From contig NW_027362764.1 in NCBI RefSeq assembly GCF_046119375.1, positions 596,812,001 to 596,876,000 of the forward strand: DNA of 64,000 nucleotides, in the 5' to 3' direction. The position numbers and the translations under genes are program-made. Of the stretch, positions 11,501 through 24,699 are shown piece after piece. Under the pieces are notes generated by a model that had not been told where the DNA came from, did not search any database, and worked only from the letters and a program-made list of their open reading frames with translations. Within the stretch, counting starts at the first letter, position 1, and each line of letters opens with the position of its first letter. The stretch is from Phyllobates terribilis (lineage: Eukaryota).

Positions 11501-14500
11501 GGCAGGAGACTCTATGGAATGCTTTCTCAGCATCCAACGAGAGTATCTAATTACAAATTTTTAACTGCATCTAGCCCAGGAAATACTTTGTGCCTAGTAG
11601 CAGTGTCTGCTAGTCAGCGGATTATCCCAGCTGTTAAGCAAGCTACACCACCTGTAGTTTGGACACTTAATTTTTTCAAAGGAAATGCTTTGGGACCTCG
11701 GGATACTCAGTGAAGAGCATCAGGAGGCACCCCAAGGCATAGGGGCTGGGACTGGCGGTAGGATGCCTTGCGGTGGACAGCCGAGCTCGATCCTTATAAA
11801 AGCTTTTTAACTGCAGCAGCTTTAGTGGACGCTACTGGAGCTGGAATTACGCTGCTGCTGGCATGAGACTAGCCCTCCAATAGATCCTTGTAAAAGGATT
11901 TAAAGTGTATTCATTCAAATTAGTGAGACAATTTAAATTAAAAAGCTTAGACCTGCCTCCACCACAGGGGGGCTCGCTCGACCCACCAGCGGACATGCAC
12001 CAGTATTGGGAGAGGGGGGCTAGCCGTCAGGGTCCACCGCAGCTCTGGCACAAAGCCGGCGACACGGAGGTCGCACGGGCAGGAACGGACTGGCCGTGTC
12101 GGCTTCGTACTTTTTGGTTTTAGAAGGGCATGACATGCCTATGTCTGTGTCTCCCCTTCCTTTTACTCCTCCACCTCTTTTCTTTTCGCATGACTATATG
12201 TACTTGTCACTTTTCCATGTGTTAGTTGTGTCTTCTGAGCAGTTTGTCAGCTTTTGGACACCTTTGAAGGTGTTTTCTATGTGTTTCTATGTGTTTTTGT
12301 TTGCCTGCCATTGGCTTTAATGGTGTTCGAAGGTGTTCGACGAACAGTTCGGCGAACATACGGGTGTTCGACGAACCGAACCGAACTCGAACACTACGGG
12401 GGTGGCTCAACACTACAGAGGAAACTGGATGTCCGGTCAACACAGAATCATGAACTTCATTAAGAAGATCAGTGAGAAGCGAGAACATCACAAAGAGCTT
12501 GTCAAGTTGCAATCCCTCTGGTGCATCAACCTGAGCTTACACAATGAGCTGTCTGGGGATTTATCTCAGAGTACCCACCGCCACCCCTACACTAAGAATT
12601 TTGGCTGGATTTTTGTCCCTCAACTCCTGAACAAAAGTACATCATAAAGCATCAGCCTTAACATTCTAAATATCAAGGAGATTTGTCACAGAGAAATCAA
12701 ACAGCGCAAAAAATAGGGCCCACCAGGCCGGTCTAGTATTTAAGCACTTAGCATTGTCAACATACAGTGAATTTTTATTATCAGTAAAGAGCGTTATTCT
12801 ATGCCTAGCCCCCTCCAACCAATGCCTCTATTCCTCAAAAGCTCTCTTCACCGCCAAGAGTTCCCAATGGCCTATATCATAGTTGAACTTTGCATGGGAG
12901 AATTTCCAAGAAAAAAAAAGCACAAGTATGAAAGTAACCTTCCTTCTTCTTTGAAAGAACAGCACCCATCCCAACAGAAGAGGCATCCACCTAAACCAAA
13001 AAGGGCAAATAAACATTGGGTTGACTGAGGTCAGGAGCTTTAGAAAAGGTGTGATGCATGTGATGATCGTTCAAACTCACCTGTGGTAAGTAACAGGAAT
13101 GTGCAATATCAAAATCACCCCTGAAACCAGATAAAAAGAGAAGCTGACTCAATTTTTGCATTGTGTGTCTGTGTGTGCTACACTAAGCATGGAGAACAGA
13201 AAGAGAAGAGAACTGTCTGAGGACTTCAGAACCAACATTGCTGAACAATGTTAACAACCTGAAGGTTACAAGTCCATATCCAGAGATCTTGATGTTCCTT
13301 TGTCCATAGTCAAGACGTTTACAACTCATGGCACTGTAGCTAATCTCCCTGGACGTGGACAGTAGAGAAAAAGTGATGAAAGATTGCAATGCAGGAAAGT
13401 CCGGATGGTGGATAACCAGCCCCAAACAAGTTCCAAAGAAATGTAAGTTGTCCTGCAGGCTTAGGGCGCATCGGTGTCAGTGCAAAATATCCGTCAACAT
13501 TTAAATTCAATTAATTGTTATGGCAGGAGACCCAGGAGGACCCCACTGCTGACAAAGAGACATAACAAAGCCAGACTGCAATTTGGCAAAATGTATGTGA
13601 GTAAGCTAAAATCCTTCTGGGAAAGTGTCTTGTGGACAGACGAGACCAAGATAGAGCTTTTTGGTAAAGTATATGATTCTGCTGTTTACCAAAAATGGAA
13701 TGAGGCTGTTAGGAGGGCGGTTGCAAACAACTTTAATATAATGGAATGCAACCGACCCCGGGGTCGGCGATGCAGCCTGGTGGACTGCTGCCGAACACTT
13801 TCTGGGTGAAAAGGAAAGCAACCAACTTAAATGATAAACCCTTCCTTGTTACTGCACACTGGAACAGGTATAGCAATTCACACTATCTCCGTTAGCAGCA
13901 CGAGATATGTGCGGTGAAAACTATCTGTAGTCCTGTTACTGCACAGGGACTACACTAGCGGCGCTAGAATGCGTGTGTGACTACGCCGACGGGTACACGT
14001 GCCTCCAGCCGGCGTGCTACCAGACTGAAGGGTACTAGTCCACGTGGCTGACAGGCGATAGCCGTGGATAGGACATCTGCAGGCTGCTCAGGGTGTTAGG
14101 CGACCCCTTTTGCAGAGCCAGACTGCAAGACGAAGCTACCTGCCTATTTCCACAAGCCTGCCTATTTCCACTACACCTGCCTATGGAAACTACGTGGAAC
14201 ACAGTCGTCCACACAACAGCATCACATGCTCAATGATCAGAGCATGCCGCCATGTTTGTGGGCGGGCCTTTTAAAGACTAAGCCCTGCCCACCGTCGCAC
14301 CATTGGTGACGCCACCCGTGGACCAATCAGGTGGTGCCAGCTCACTGGGTCAGGTGGTTGCCAAACCACCAATCACGGTCCGCCAGGTCACGGGCATGTT
14401 CAGTGTGGCGGATCCTGGACTTAGATTCCAAGAGCCCTGTCTCCCTCCACAACCTATGCTTAACATTGCTAGGCACAAATACTCGAGATACAATCTGTAC

Positions 14501-14689
14501 ATCTCATGGACCAGCTAGGCGTTGGGGCTGATGATGCTGAGCAGCATCAGCCCTGGCTGGACCAGAATGGGAGACCACATAAGGTTCTGGACCTATTTCA
14601 AATCCAGCAACAGTCTAACATTATCCCCCCTTCTAACATCCCCCTCCACTTGATGCTCATTTTCCTCAATGAGCAGGGGAGCATGAATG

Positions 14690-15886
14690 TGGTCCACCGA
14701 TTCACAGGGAAGATCCTCAGATCCGTGACCCCTCCGGTGTACAGGGTACCCTTTTTTCACACTAACCATCTTAGACCCCATAATAGCCTGCAGCTCGAGA
14801 TTATCACCCCTGGTGTCAGCAGCAGGTTGGGGTTCAGCGAGTTTTGACAGGTGAACGGGTCTAAGGAGCGACACATGGAAAGTGTCGTGACTCCTCAGGT
14901 GTCATGGTAACTGTAACCGGTCCTTTACAGAGTTTACCTGGGTCAAAATTTTGAATGGGCCAATAAAGCGAGAAACAAACTTAGCAAATCTCCCGCATAG
15001 TTTAGTATTGCGAGCCAAGAGCCACACTCTGTCGCCCGGAGGCAGGACGACGAGAAGTGTCAACCGACTCTCTCTCTGTGGAGTCCATTCCGGGTGATAG
15101 ATGGAGAAGACCAGCCGGACTTTGACGGAATGATTTATCTGTCGCACAGAAGGCACACACGAGAACAAATTCCTTGACATCCTGGCGCCACCGGGGCCAC
15201 CAATAGGACCGTTGAAGGGACTTAGTGGCACGTTTGACCCCCAGATGAGCTCCGATCTTAGGGGCATGAGCCCAGGAGAGCACCACATTTTGTAAATTAG
15301 GGGGAACAAACGTCCTCCCCGATGGAACCTGGTTAGAGGACACTGCAGCCACCCTCTCTACCAGAGAGTTCTTTTTGACATAGTCTGACAAGACCCGGGT
15401 CCTGGGGACAGACAAAGAATCTGTACCGGAAGCCACAACGGTAGAGGGAACAGAGACTACCCTCCGGGTGACTGTGACCATACACTGAGACACACAATTC
15501 TCACTCCAGGAAGAAATTCTCCCCGCATTCCAGTCAATGTGTGGAGTATGAAAATGTAACCAGGGGAGACCCAATAACACCTCGTCTAATCCCCTGGGAA
15601 TAATAAGAAAGGAGATGACCTCCCGGTGGCCCTGAGGAAATGACATGGTGAGGGGAATCGACTGGTGGGTGATTTGCATGTCCAGGAGTGAATCATTGAC
15701 TACTCTAATGTTCATTGGTCTTGGCAGTAACTCTATAGGGATGGCGTGCCTCTGGGCAAACGTAGATGACATAAAATTGCCATCAGCACCGGAGTCCACC
15801 AACACCTTGGCAGTAACTGCAGATGTACCAAAGAACAATGTGACCTTATATAATAATTTGGAGGAAGAAGACCTAGAATCTAACAC
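14690..15886 (-). pseudogene. Chromovirus pol remnant: aspartic protease, integrase Zn-binding region, GPF region and chromodomain; RT, RNase H and integrase core deleted
   Basis: LVDSGADGNF (protease); WAH..KIGAHLG..YWWP..DVKEFV..C..C (integrase HHCC); GDRVWL..RFIGPFKI; degenerate chromodomain LELQAIMGSKMV..GY.VH.RG.GSED..E.VDHIHAP. No YxDD. Confidence 0.85.
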
Positions 15887-15913
15887 ACCTCCTCCAACGG
15901 TGGTAAGACCTAC

Positions 15914-16787
15914 TCATTCTCCCGACTGCTTGGAACCCTTATTTACGGGGTGCTCCAAGAGATGTGCAGGTCGGGAACGAGAGGGACTAGACTCAGTCCG
16001 GGATATATCCATAGCCTCAGGCTCCGGGTCGGGAGTCGCGGGTTTGGAAACGGGTCTAGAGAAGGACGGTGCCAACCGATACTGAGGTCTGGGAACCTCC
16101 AACTCTAATTTGTGTTCTGCATGACGCAAATCAATTTGGTTAGCAAGAGAGATTAACTCCTCCAGGGCGGTTAGAATCTCTCTGGCAGAGAGAGCATTTT
16201 TAATATGCTCAGCCAGACCCTTCCAGAACACCGGGGTAAGCGACCACTCAGACCAATCCAGTTCAGCCGCTAGGGTTCTAAACTGGATGGCATAGTGGCT
16301 GGCGGTGGCCAAACCCTGGATCAACGCAAGAAGCTTAAGAGCCATATCATGTGTGACCTGAGGACCTAGGAATATACTTTTTAGGGTCATAAGGAAAAGA
16401 CCCGCATTTGCTACAACTGGATCATTCTGCTCCCATAGAGGAGTAGCCCACTCCAGAGCCCTGTGGGAGAGTAATGAGATGACATAACCCACTTTGGCTC
16501 TTTCGGAGGGGAACAGTGCCTCCATCATATCCAACTGAATGGAGCATAAATTAATCCCTGCAGGATTTGCTGTCTCCAGAAAATTTTTCCGGGAGAGCAA
16601 AACGGGGTAATGGGGCAGTTACAGCTGTCGCAGCATTCACCACAGCCGAGTTAACCAGATTGGCTGCCTGAGAAGCCGCCTGGGTAGCTACTGCAGTGAT
16701 ATGAGCTACCGGGTCAGCTTGTTCCAGAGTCCTAAGTCTGGTATCAAGCTGCTGGATATAGCGCTGCAGTTGCTGGTTGTCAGCCAT
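15914..16787 (-). pseudogene. Chromovirus gag (RTL1/PEG10-like capsid), frameshifted
   Basis: MADNQQLQRYIQQL...LPEKFSGDSKSCR, then CSIQL..FPSERAKVGYVISLL..RALEWATPLWE. Confidence 0.85.
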
Positions 16788-17668
16788 GTTCGGCAAGACC
16801 CTGGCGCTCTGATACTGTTAGGAGGGCGGTTGCAAACAACTTTAATATAATGGAACGCAACCGACCCCGGGGTCCGCAATGCAGCCTGGTGGACTGCTGC
16901 CGAACACTTTCCGGGTGAAAAGGAAAGCAACCAACTTAAATGATAAACCCTTCCGTGTTACTGCACACTGGAACGGGTATAGCAATTCGCACTATCTCCG
17001 TTAGCAGCACGAGAGATGTGCTGTGAAAAACTATCTGTAGTCCTGTTACTGCACAGAGACTACACTGGCGGCGCTAGGATGCATGGGTGACTACGCCAAC
17101 GGGTACACGTGCCTCCAGCCGGCGTGCTACCGGACTGAAGGGTACTACTCCATGTGGCTGACAGGCGATAGCAGTGGATAGGATGCCTGCAGGCTGCTCA
17201 GGGTGTTAGGCAACCCCTTTGGCAGAGCCAGACTGCAAGACGAAGCTTCCTGCCTATTTCCACTACACCTGGCTATGGAAACTACGTGGAACACAATCGT
17301 CCACACAACAGCATCACATGCTCAATGATCAAAGAGTGCCGCCATGTTTGTGGGCGGGCCTTTTAAAGACTAAGCCCTGCCCACCGTCGCACCATTGGTG
17401 ACGCCACCCGTGGACCAATCAGGTGGTGCCAGGTCACCGGGTCAGGTGGTTACCAAACCACCAATCACGGTCCGCCAGGTCACGGGCATGCTCAGTGTGG
17501 CGAATCCTGGACTTAGACTCCAAGAGCCCTGTCTCCCTCCGCAACCTATGCTTAACATTGCTAGGCACAAATACCCTAGAGACAGTATGTACATCTCGTG
17601 GACCAGCTAGCCGTTGGGGCTGATGATGATGCTGAGCAGCATCAGCCCTGGCTGGACCAGAATGGTAG

Positions 17669-17848
<180 letters not shown>

Positions 17849-19589
17849 TAAGATTACCAAAGGATTTTGGGTCGCAATGTAGTGACCAGTGTAAAAAAGC
17901 TGAGTTTGCATCCTAGGTCATGGGTCTTCCAGCAGGACAATAACCCCAAACATACTTCAAGAAGCACCTAGAAATGCATGGAAACAAAGCAGTGTAAAGT
18001 CCTGAAGTGGTCAGCATTGAGTCCTGATCTAAATCCCATTGAACACTATGTGGAGAGATGTTAAAATTTCTATTGGGAGAAGGAACCCTTCAAATATGAG
18101 AGACCTGAAGCAGTTCGCAAAAGAAGAGTGGTCCAAAATTCCAGTTGAGAGGTGTAAAAAGCTTGCTCATGGTTATAGGAAGCGATTAATTGCAGCTATT
18201 TATTCCAACGGGTGTGCAACCAAATGTTAAGTTGAGAGTGCCAACAATTTTGGCCAGACCATTTTTGGGGTTTTGTGTGAAATTATGTCCAATATGCCTT
18301 TTTTTTCTCTATTTTTTTTGTGTTGTTCCAATACACACAAAGGAAATAAATATGTGCATAACAAAACATGTGTAATTGCAATAATTTTCTGGGAGAAATA
18401 CTTCATTTTCTGGAACAATTTCAAGGGTGCTGACACTTTCGGCCATGACTGTATGTTTATAAATTAGATGTCATGAAATACTGCTACAAAAAAAAGCTAC
18501 ATTTAACATAATAATTCAACATATAATGTCCATGAAAAGCAAATGAATCATGACAACAAGTAATACAAAATTCATGAATGTATATTGGTGCATTGTAATA
18601 TAGTATGCAATATGGAACAAAAGGATAAAGAAAAAATCTGACCTTATCCTTCTGAGACTCTGGATATAAGCTAATTTTTTTGCTTAGTTTTTTTTTATTT
18701 CTCCAAAGAGAAATTTCTAATTTAGGCATATTACAATATGCTTTTTCTAAATGATTTGGTATACTTCTATGTATGTTGATAATATAGTTATATAAAACAA
18801 TTGTATTATACAAAACATTAATTATATTAAAATTATTTTGCATTTTCTAGTTAACTCTTCTCAAACTATCAAATAATTTCTGCATGGGTTTGGCCTCAGT
18901 CTACAGTAAAATTGTGCACGGGTGATGGTCATGTAAGGGTATTGATGCTGACGATAAATACTACAATTTATATGCGGAAATTAATGTGGCAGTCTATAAA
19001 GTAGTAGGTAGATTTGGTGGTATCACATTATAGTAGGCACATTTGCATTGTGGTTTCACATTTGTTTACTTGGTTATATGTTTCTATTCAGTCTTTTTTC
19101 TTTACATTTTCAGCAATTGTATCAAAAAGTATGCACAGGTTTATTCCCATATTTTAAATGGCCAGTCAGTAACATATGAAATCTGTATATTCATGAACAC
19201 TTGATTTAGATAGACCCAAACAAAAATAAAGACGTTGCCTCTCTTTTGAAGTTTAATTAGATGTGTACAACAAACAGGAAGTTGCTATTGGAATGCAAAG
19301 TCACACCCAGGTCCTACTTCCTGCTACATAAGAATGTGAGGGTCCATGGGCAGAGGTGATCTCTCGCGGCCTCTGATACTAATGACATGGGTTCCTCTGT
19401 GCATGTGTGGCATTTTTTACTGTAAATGTTTCTCACTCAGGCTGTATATTATATAATTGTATAGGAAACCCAGATCTATGTGGTACACAAGGAAGGTCTC
19501 CATCCACTTTATGAAAATTAATCATGGTATTCAGTGCATTAGGTACATCTTCTACATACAACAGAGGCATAAGCTTGGCAGTTATAAGT

Positions 19590-20474
19590 TGCCCAGGAGG
19601 AGAGTGAGAGAGGACAGGAGCAGAGGGAAAAGGCTCCAGAGACAGAAGGGATCCCAGGGGCACGGTGAGTGCAGGAAGCCACCCATGCGCCCGAATTCAC
19701 ACTGACGTGGAGGGATTAGGCCGCAGAAGGGGACCAGCCCCAGACTAGTGGAGAACAACCAGGCTCAGCTAGCCAACCGGAGGCTGCAGCATTTGCAAGG
19801 TGTTGCAGACAAAACCCACAATTATATCGCTGAAAAGGTGGCCACATAGGGTCCAGGGGATTGCAAGTTGCCCAACAAGGCCCGAGGCCACTGGTTTGGG
19901 ACACTGATTGTGAGGCGCAGGGCAGGAGGGTGAGAGCCAGCGCAGTGAGACGACCGGGAAAGGTACATAGAACGGGGTCCCTTTTAAGTGCTCCTGAGGT
20001 ACCTGAGAGATTGCTGGATCCCTACTCCGGAGGACACAGGACGACGTGGGCAGTCAGTCCCGGCTGCAGCGGAGACTTGGAACTGCTTTGAACTGTGAGT
20101 AAAGCCTGAAGACTGCACCCCACTGTGTCCTCGACTCATTATCTGCACCATCACCTGCATTGCACCGCACCAACAACATCTACCTCCACAATTCTACATA
20201 TACTGCCCTGGAGCTTAGCTCTGCCTGTGGAGAGCTGAACCAACTCTGCTGTGTCACCATCAGCTCCAGAGGATCTGCACCGCTGCGGCGGCCCCATATA
20301 GCCACATACCACAGGTGGGGTCACGAACATTATCTCCAAAAACTTTATTCCCCTTTTACTTTTCCTTTGATTAATTGACCGCCCGGGGCCACGGGCTGGG
20401 TCACTGCCACCGTGACATCCCCAGCACCTACCGGCCCAGCTACCGAGTACCCCACGGCCCCAGGGGGCGCGTCA
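19590..20474. mobile_element. Partial LTR, same family as 31009-32297, opposite orientation
   Basis: Ends CCCACGGCCCCAGGGGGCGCGTCA, the reverse complement of the 31009 start; internal similarity extends to ~19590. Confidence 0.8.
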
Positions 20475-20839
20475 TTGGCACCCTAGTAGATACGATGTGG
20501 CACCCTCGCCAATCCCAAAGACAACGATAGTCTATACAAATAAAGGATCCAAAAGGTCAAATACAAATTGTCTATAGAACATATACTAGACCTCAGAAAA
20601 ATCAATATGGAGGAGTGTCCCCAGTATAAACAAAGGTTTGATAATAATCAAATAGTAAGTCATGCATCAAGGATTTTTCATTTCTGTCTGAAATCCAGTC
20701 TCAGGATAATCTAGCTAAAAAGCTCAGGCTATACACATACTGTATAGTATTGACATATGGAACATTATTTTATTTATCTCAATCTTAATCCCTTATTCTG
20801 CCTCGTTTCTCAGAGTTTCATCTGGAGGCTTCCAGAAAT

Positions 20840-21092
20840 TCAAGCATAACGCTCTGATGTATACTGATGTTAATTTATCCCCTCTGCTATGACGCTCCTT
20901 TGGGGCTCAAAATCTAAATTCCTTATTAGTATATTTTTGGAGTGGGGAGAAAACTGAAGTACCCAAAGGAAACCCAGACAAGTAAGGGCATAACATACAA
21001 ACTCCTTTCAGATGTTGACCTTGGTGGGTTTTGAACACTGGTCCCCAATTCTGCAGTGCTGCAGCATTTACCACTGAGCCTCAGTGCTGCCC
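20840..21092 (-). mobile_element. tRNA-derived SINE (V-SINE-like) with L2-type tail
   Basis: Minus strand has box A-like GGCTCAGTGG and box B-like GTTCAAAACC, then GGAGTTTGTATGTT..GGGTTTCC..GGGTACT..GTTTTCTCCC, then GGAATTTAGATTTTGAGCCCC. Confidence 0.7.
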
Positions 21093-21793
21093 ACATAGTG
21101 TATATCTGTAGCCTAGTTCTGCAGTAATACCCTTGATCAGCCTAGTCTTCGCTCCTATGCTTCCAGGACCAGCTTACACATTTTAAATAATTAAGAAAAT
21201 AGCTCTGAAACGCATTTGCGACTTTTAACTTTCATATGATTTATTCCAAGTTGTTTTACTAATTTACAATAAAGAAGATGGATTTAATCAAGGCATGAGT
21301 CCTATTACTAGATATTATCTTATCTCTTCTTACATTCATCTTGCTGTGCTCCAAGGGTTCCATGTACAGGATGTGCCTGACCTGCATGATTGGAAAATAT
21401 ACAGTATGTGAGCTCACTTTGTTTTCATAACTTCATTTGCAGCTTATCTCGTTCAGGTTACCTCTCTTTAGCAGTCCTGGGCTGTATGACCAGAAGCTCT
21501 ACTTCTGACTTTAAGCTGTACTCACTACAGCTGGACTCCCTTTTCTTAGGTTCACTTCCCAGTCAATCAGTCAATGTTCTTCCAGCCATGTCTGGGTATA
21601 TCTGAACCATTTCTCCAGTTACTTTTCAGATTGCCATTTCTGCAATTTTCCTGTTGCACAAACACCCAGTAAGAAACTCACATTCTTATCTTTCCCACAA
21701 CTTTCCCACAATACCTGCTGACTCACTCTAACCAGGAAGCATTCTCTTTTGCTTCCTAAACTCCTACCCATTGCAGGGATGGCTAAGTAGGAA

Positions 21794-22211
21794 AGAGAAT
21801 TTGTCACCAGGTTTTTTGCTGCTTCATCTGTTAGCAGCATAATGTAGGAAAAGAGACCCTGAATCCAACAATGTATCACAAATTTTACTGGGTGCAGCAG
21901 TTGTGAAACAATCGGAGTTTTAAGATTTAGCATGTAACAGAGATAAGAAAGCTAGCCCCATCCACACATCAGCTTTCTGTATACATAGTCTATTGACAGT
22001 GAGCTGCTTATCACAGGAGGTGGGTGTTGGTAGGATGACTTGGCACAAGGCAGCTAATCAGTGCAATACTATTCTCTTGGTGATAAAACCTTCATTGTAA
22101 GTAAACAACAGCATACAGCTTACTAAGTGACACATTGTTTAAATCAGTGTTTTAGCCCCTACCTCATGCCATCCTCAGATAACATAGCAGAAACCTGCTG
22201 ACAGATTCCCT
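21794..22211. mobile_element. Kolobok/T2-type MITE
   Basis: Inverted ends AGAGAATTTGTCACCAGGTTT / AAACCTGCTGACAGATTCCCT, with TTAA on the right flank. Confidence 0.7.
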
Positions 22212-22427
22212 TTAACGCTTCCTTACCTAGCTTACTTACTAAAACATCTTTCCTACAGCAAAACAGCCTAACAATCACGGATCTTAAAAAAAAAACACAA
22301 TACTTTGCAATAATATCAAGTAATTGCACTGCATCATGCCATGCATCACAGTTATAAGCACATAAGAACATGGTATTAAATCAATAGGAGATCTTCAGGG
22401 AAGTGTCAGTCATCTTCCACTCCTTTA

Positions 22428-23129
22428 GGCTATGTGCCCACGTTGCGGACCTGAAGCATATTTTTTACGCTTCTCCCTGGCGGGAAAATCGCATGCGGAT
22501 ATTACATGCGGTTTTCCCGCCAGGTAGAAGCGTTTGTGAGGCGTCTTTGCATGCATTTCCGCATGCGGGTTATCAAGCACTTCTCCAAGCATCACTTGGA
22601 AAAGTGCTTGACAACTTGTTCAGAATGGTAAAAAATAAAAAAATAAACTTTATACTCACCTTCTGATGCATTCTCTGCCCCGTCCGGAGTCTTGAGCGGC
22701 TCACGCTGTTGTGTGCAGGACCTGCGGTGACGTCATTGAGTCATGTGGTGGGTCACATGACTCAATGACGTGGCAGGTCCTTCAGACAACAGCGCGACGG
22801 AGGGAAAACATCAGAAGATAAGTATAAACTTTATTTTATTCTTTTTTTTACAGGTTCTTTGGTACCCAGGTCTGGATGAGAGTCTCCTCTCCTCCAGACT
22901 TGGGTACCATACGCACATTGATTCCGCAGCGCTTCCGCAAAATTAATGAACATGCTGCGGATTTTTGACTGCAGCATATACGCTGCGGAAAAATCCGCAG
23001 CATGGGCATTGACATTGCGGAATGCCATTGGGGACCATGGGGTGCGGATCTACATGCGTTTTTCAAGCGTTTACGCTGCGGAAATTCCGCAGCATATACG
23101 CTTGAAAAACGCTACGTGGGTACACAGCC
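22428..23129. mobile_element. PIF/Harbinger-type MITE with internal palindrome
   Basis: TIR GGCTATGTGCCCACG / CGTGGGTACACAGCC; TTA on both flanks; central inverted repeat around 22740. Confidence 0.8.
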
Positions 23130-24319
23130 TTAGACACCAGTATTCTGCACTGGGGCCCAGGACCTTCACGTTACACCTTTCACCACAATTATGATGATTA
23201 ATACTATCCTGAAGTTTACATGTATGTACTAGATTAATTAGAGAAAGATACAATTAATACCAGGCAGCAGAAAGTATCTACTTATCTGCATATAAGAAAG
23301 ATTGGAACTGTGGATAAAACTAAGAAAAATACAAAATAGTGATCGTATTTGTCCACCTTCTGGTAAGCAATGTGTGTTATAAAAGTATTACAGCGAATTA
23401 AAGTATATTAGTGTTACCCGCTCACATCCTCAGATTATGATGCAAGACAAGCAATATAGATAAAATAATGTAGTATTACAAAATTGCATCCTGGTGGACT
23501 CTTTCATCTCGAACAGCAAGTAGGAAAATTACAATAGCAAAGACCTGCTTTTAATATTAAGCCTGTTTGGGATGCAAAGCTTTTACTACTTTCATCATTC
23601 TTCTTGACAGCAGTCTTTCTGCTTATTTTAATAGTCTTCACTCAGTTACTATGACACAAACTCTTTATGAGTCTTGTAAAATAAACAGTGCAGCCTACAA
23701 TCTCCATTATACTGTGTCTTGGGTCTTATAATCCCATGCAATAAAAAGGCATAAAATCAGAAGAAAGCGAGGACTGGGGGAGTAGAGCCAGGGGATATAT
23801 TGTAGCATTCCAAATCCAGTAGCATTTTCATGACTAAAGTATATAGCTACTGCTCAGTAGTTAAAGTAAAAAAATAAAAAAACAACAACTTGCCTTACAA
23901 AAGTAATTTTCTAAATATAAATTTATACAGATGTATTCTTCCTTACCATTCATCTTGACTTAATATAACCTAAACATGCCTATGTGATAACCAGGTGGCT
24001 GTTATGTTGAGGGGTTATGTCCATCTTCTTATTCCATTCAAATGAGAAAACAGGCAAATAAAGAAAAATTTCTATCATCAATGCTGTTACAAGGCTGCCC
24101 AATCTCTTCTACTTCCTTTTCTGAAGGGACTTTTTACTGATAGTCAGGGGCTTTTGCCACACCATTACGATCCAGCAGCGGTGGCCCTACATGCATGCTT
24201 CTGTCATTTCGAGATGCACATGTGCGGTGGCTCACATCCCCAGCCACCTCACTTCTTCTCGATTCAGGTTTATCGGACAAGTCCTTAGCATGCACAATAA
24301 CCCTGAACTTGTTCTAAAA

Positions 24320-24670
24320 AACATACTAACATAGGTTGAATAAAGACCTAAACCATCAAGTTCAACCTTCCTCCCCCAATTGTACTCCGTACACTAACAC
24401 TACACTAACTTACTAACTGAGACTAGGCGTCACAAATGTATTAATATTATTATTACCATTTTTATTATTGCTGCACTATTACAAATAAATATGTACCCGT
24501 TTATAATTAAATTTTTTTAATTAGTTTTATATTTTTTTATTACTCTTGTGATTCTAATAATGGTATTACTAAAATCTCCATGCCTAAATCTGTTGATCCA
24601 GAAGAAGGCAAAAAGCCCAGGACACCTTCACCAAATTTCTGTCACACGTGAAAAATTCCTTCCAGATCAA
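24320..24670 (-). mobile_element. CR1 LINE 3' tail remnants
   Basis: Minus-strand GGAAGGAATTTTTC..GGCTTTTTGCCTTCTTCTGGATCAAC and GGTTGAACTTGATGG..GGTCTTTATTCAACCT resemble amphibian CR1 3' UTR motifs. Confidence 0.5.
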
Positions 24671-24699
24671 ACATTTATTTCAAATAGAACAATAATCAT

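Larger units (their letters stand above)
1..12415 (+). mobile_element. Large Ac-like hAT DNA transposon (hAT-A); left end outside window; contains nested insertions
   Basis: Transposase at 4160-7843. GTTCG-rich subterminal repeats at 12320-12400 end in GGCTCAACACTA (reverse complement TAGTGTTGAGCC), matching the other hAT termini in the window. Confidence 0.75.

Noticed and set aside
12416-13020. Possible L1 endonuclease or host exon fragment
   Set aside because: Only vague resemblance, many stops and no diagnostic motif.
16801-16815. Initiator tRNA-Met PBS for the chromovirus
   Set aside because: GTATCAGAGC resembles the plant iMet PBS but lacks TGG and does not match vertebrate iMet (TGGTAGCAGAGG). 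Self-priming fits better.
21430-21700. Possible minus-strand host exon ending at a GT donor
   Set aside because: Stops in all frames upstream, no clear acceptor and no recognisable protein.
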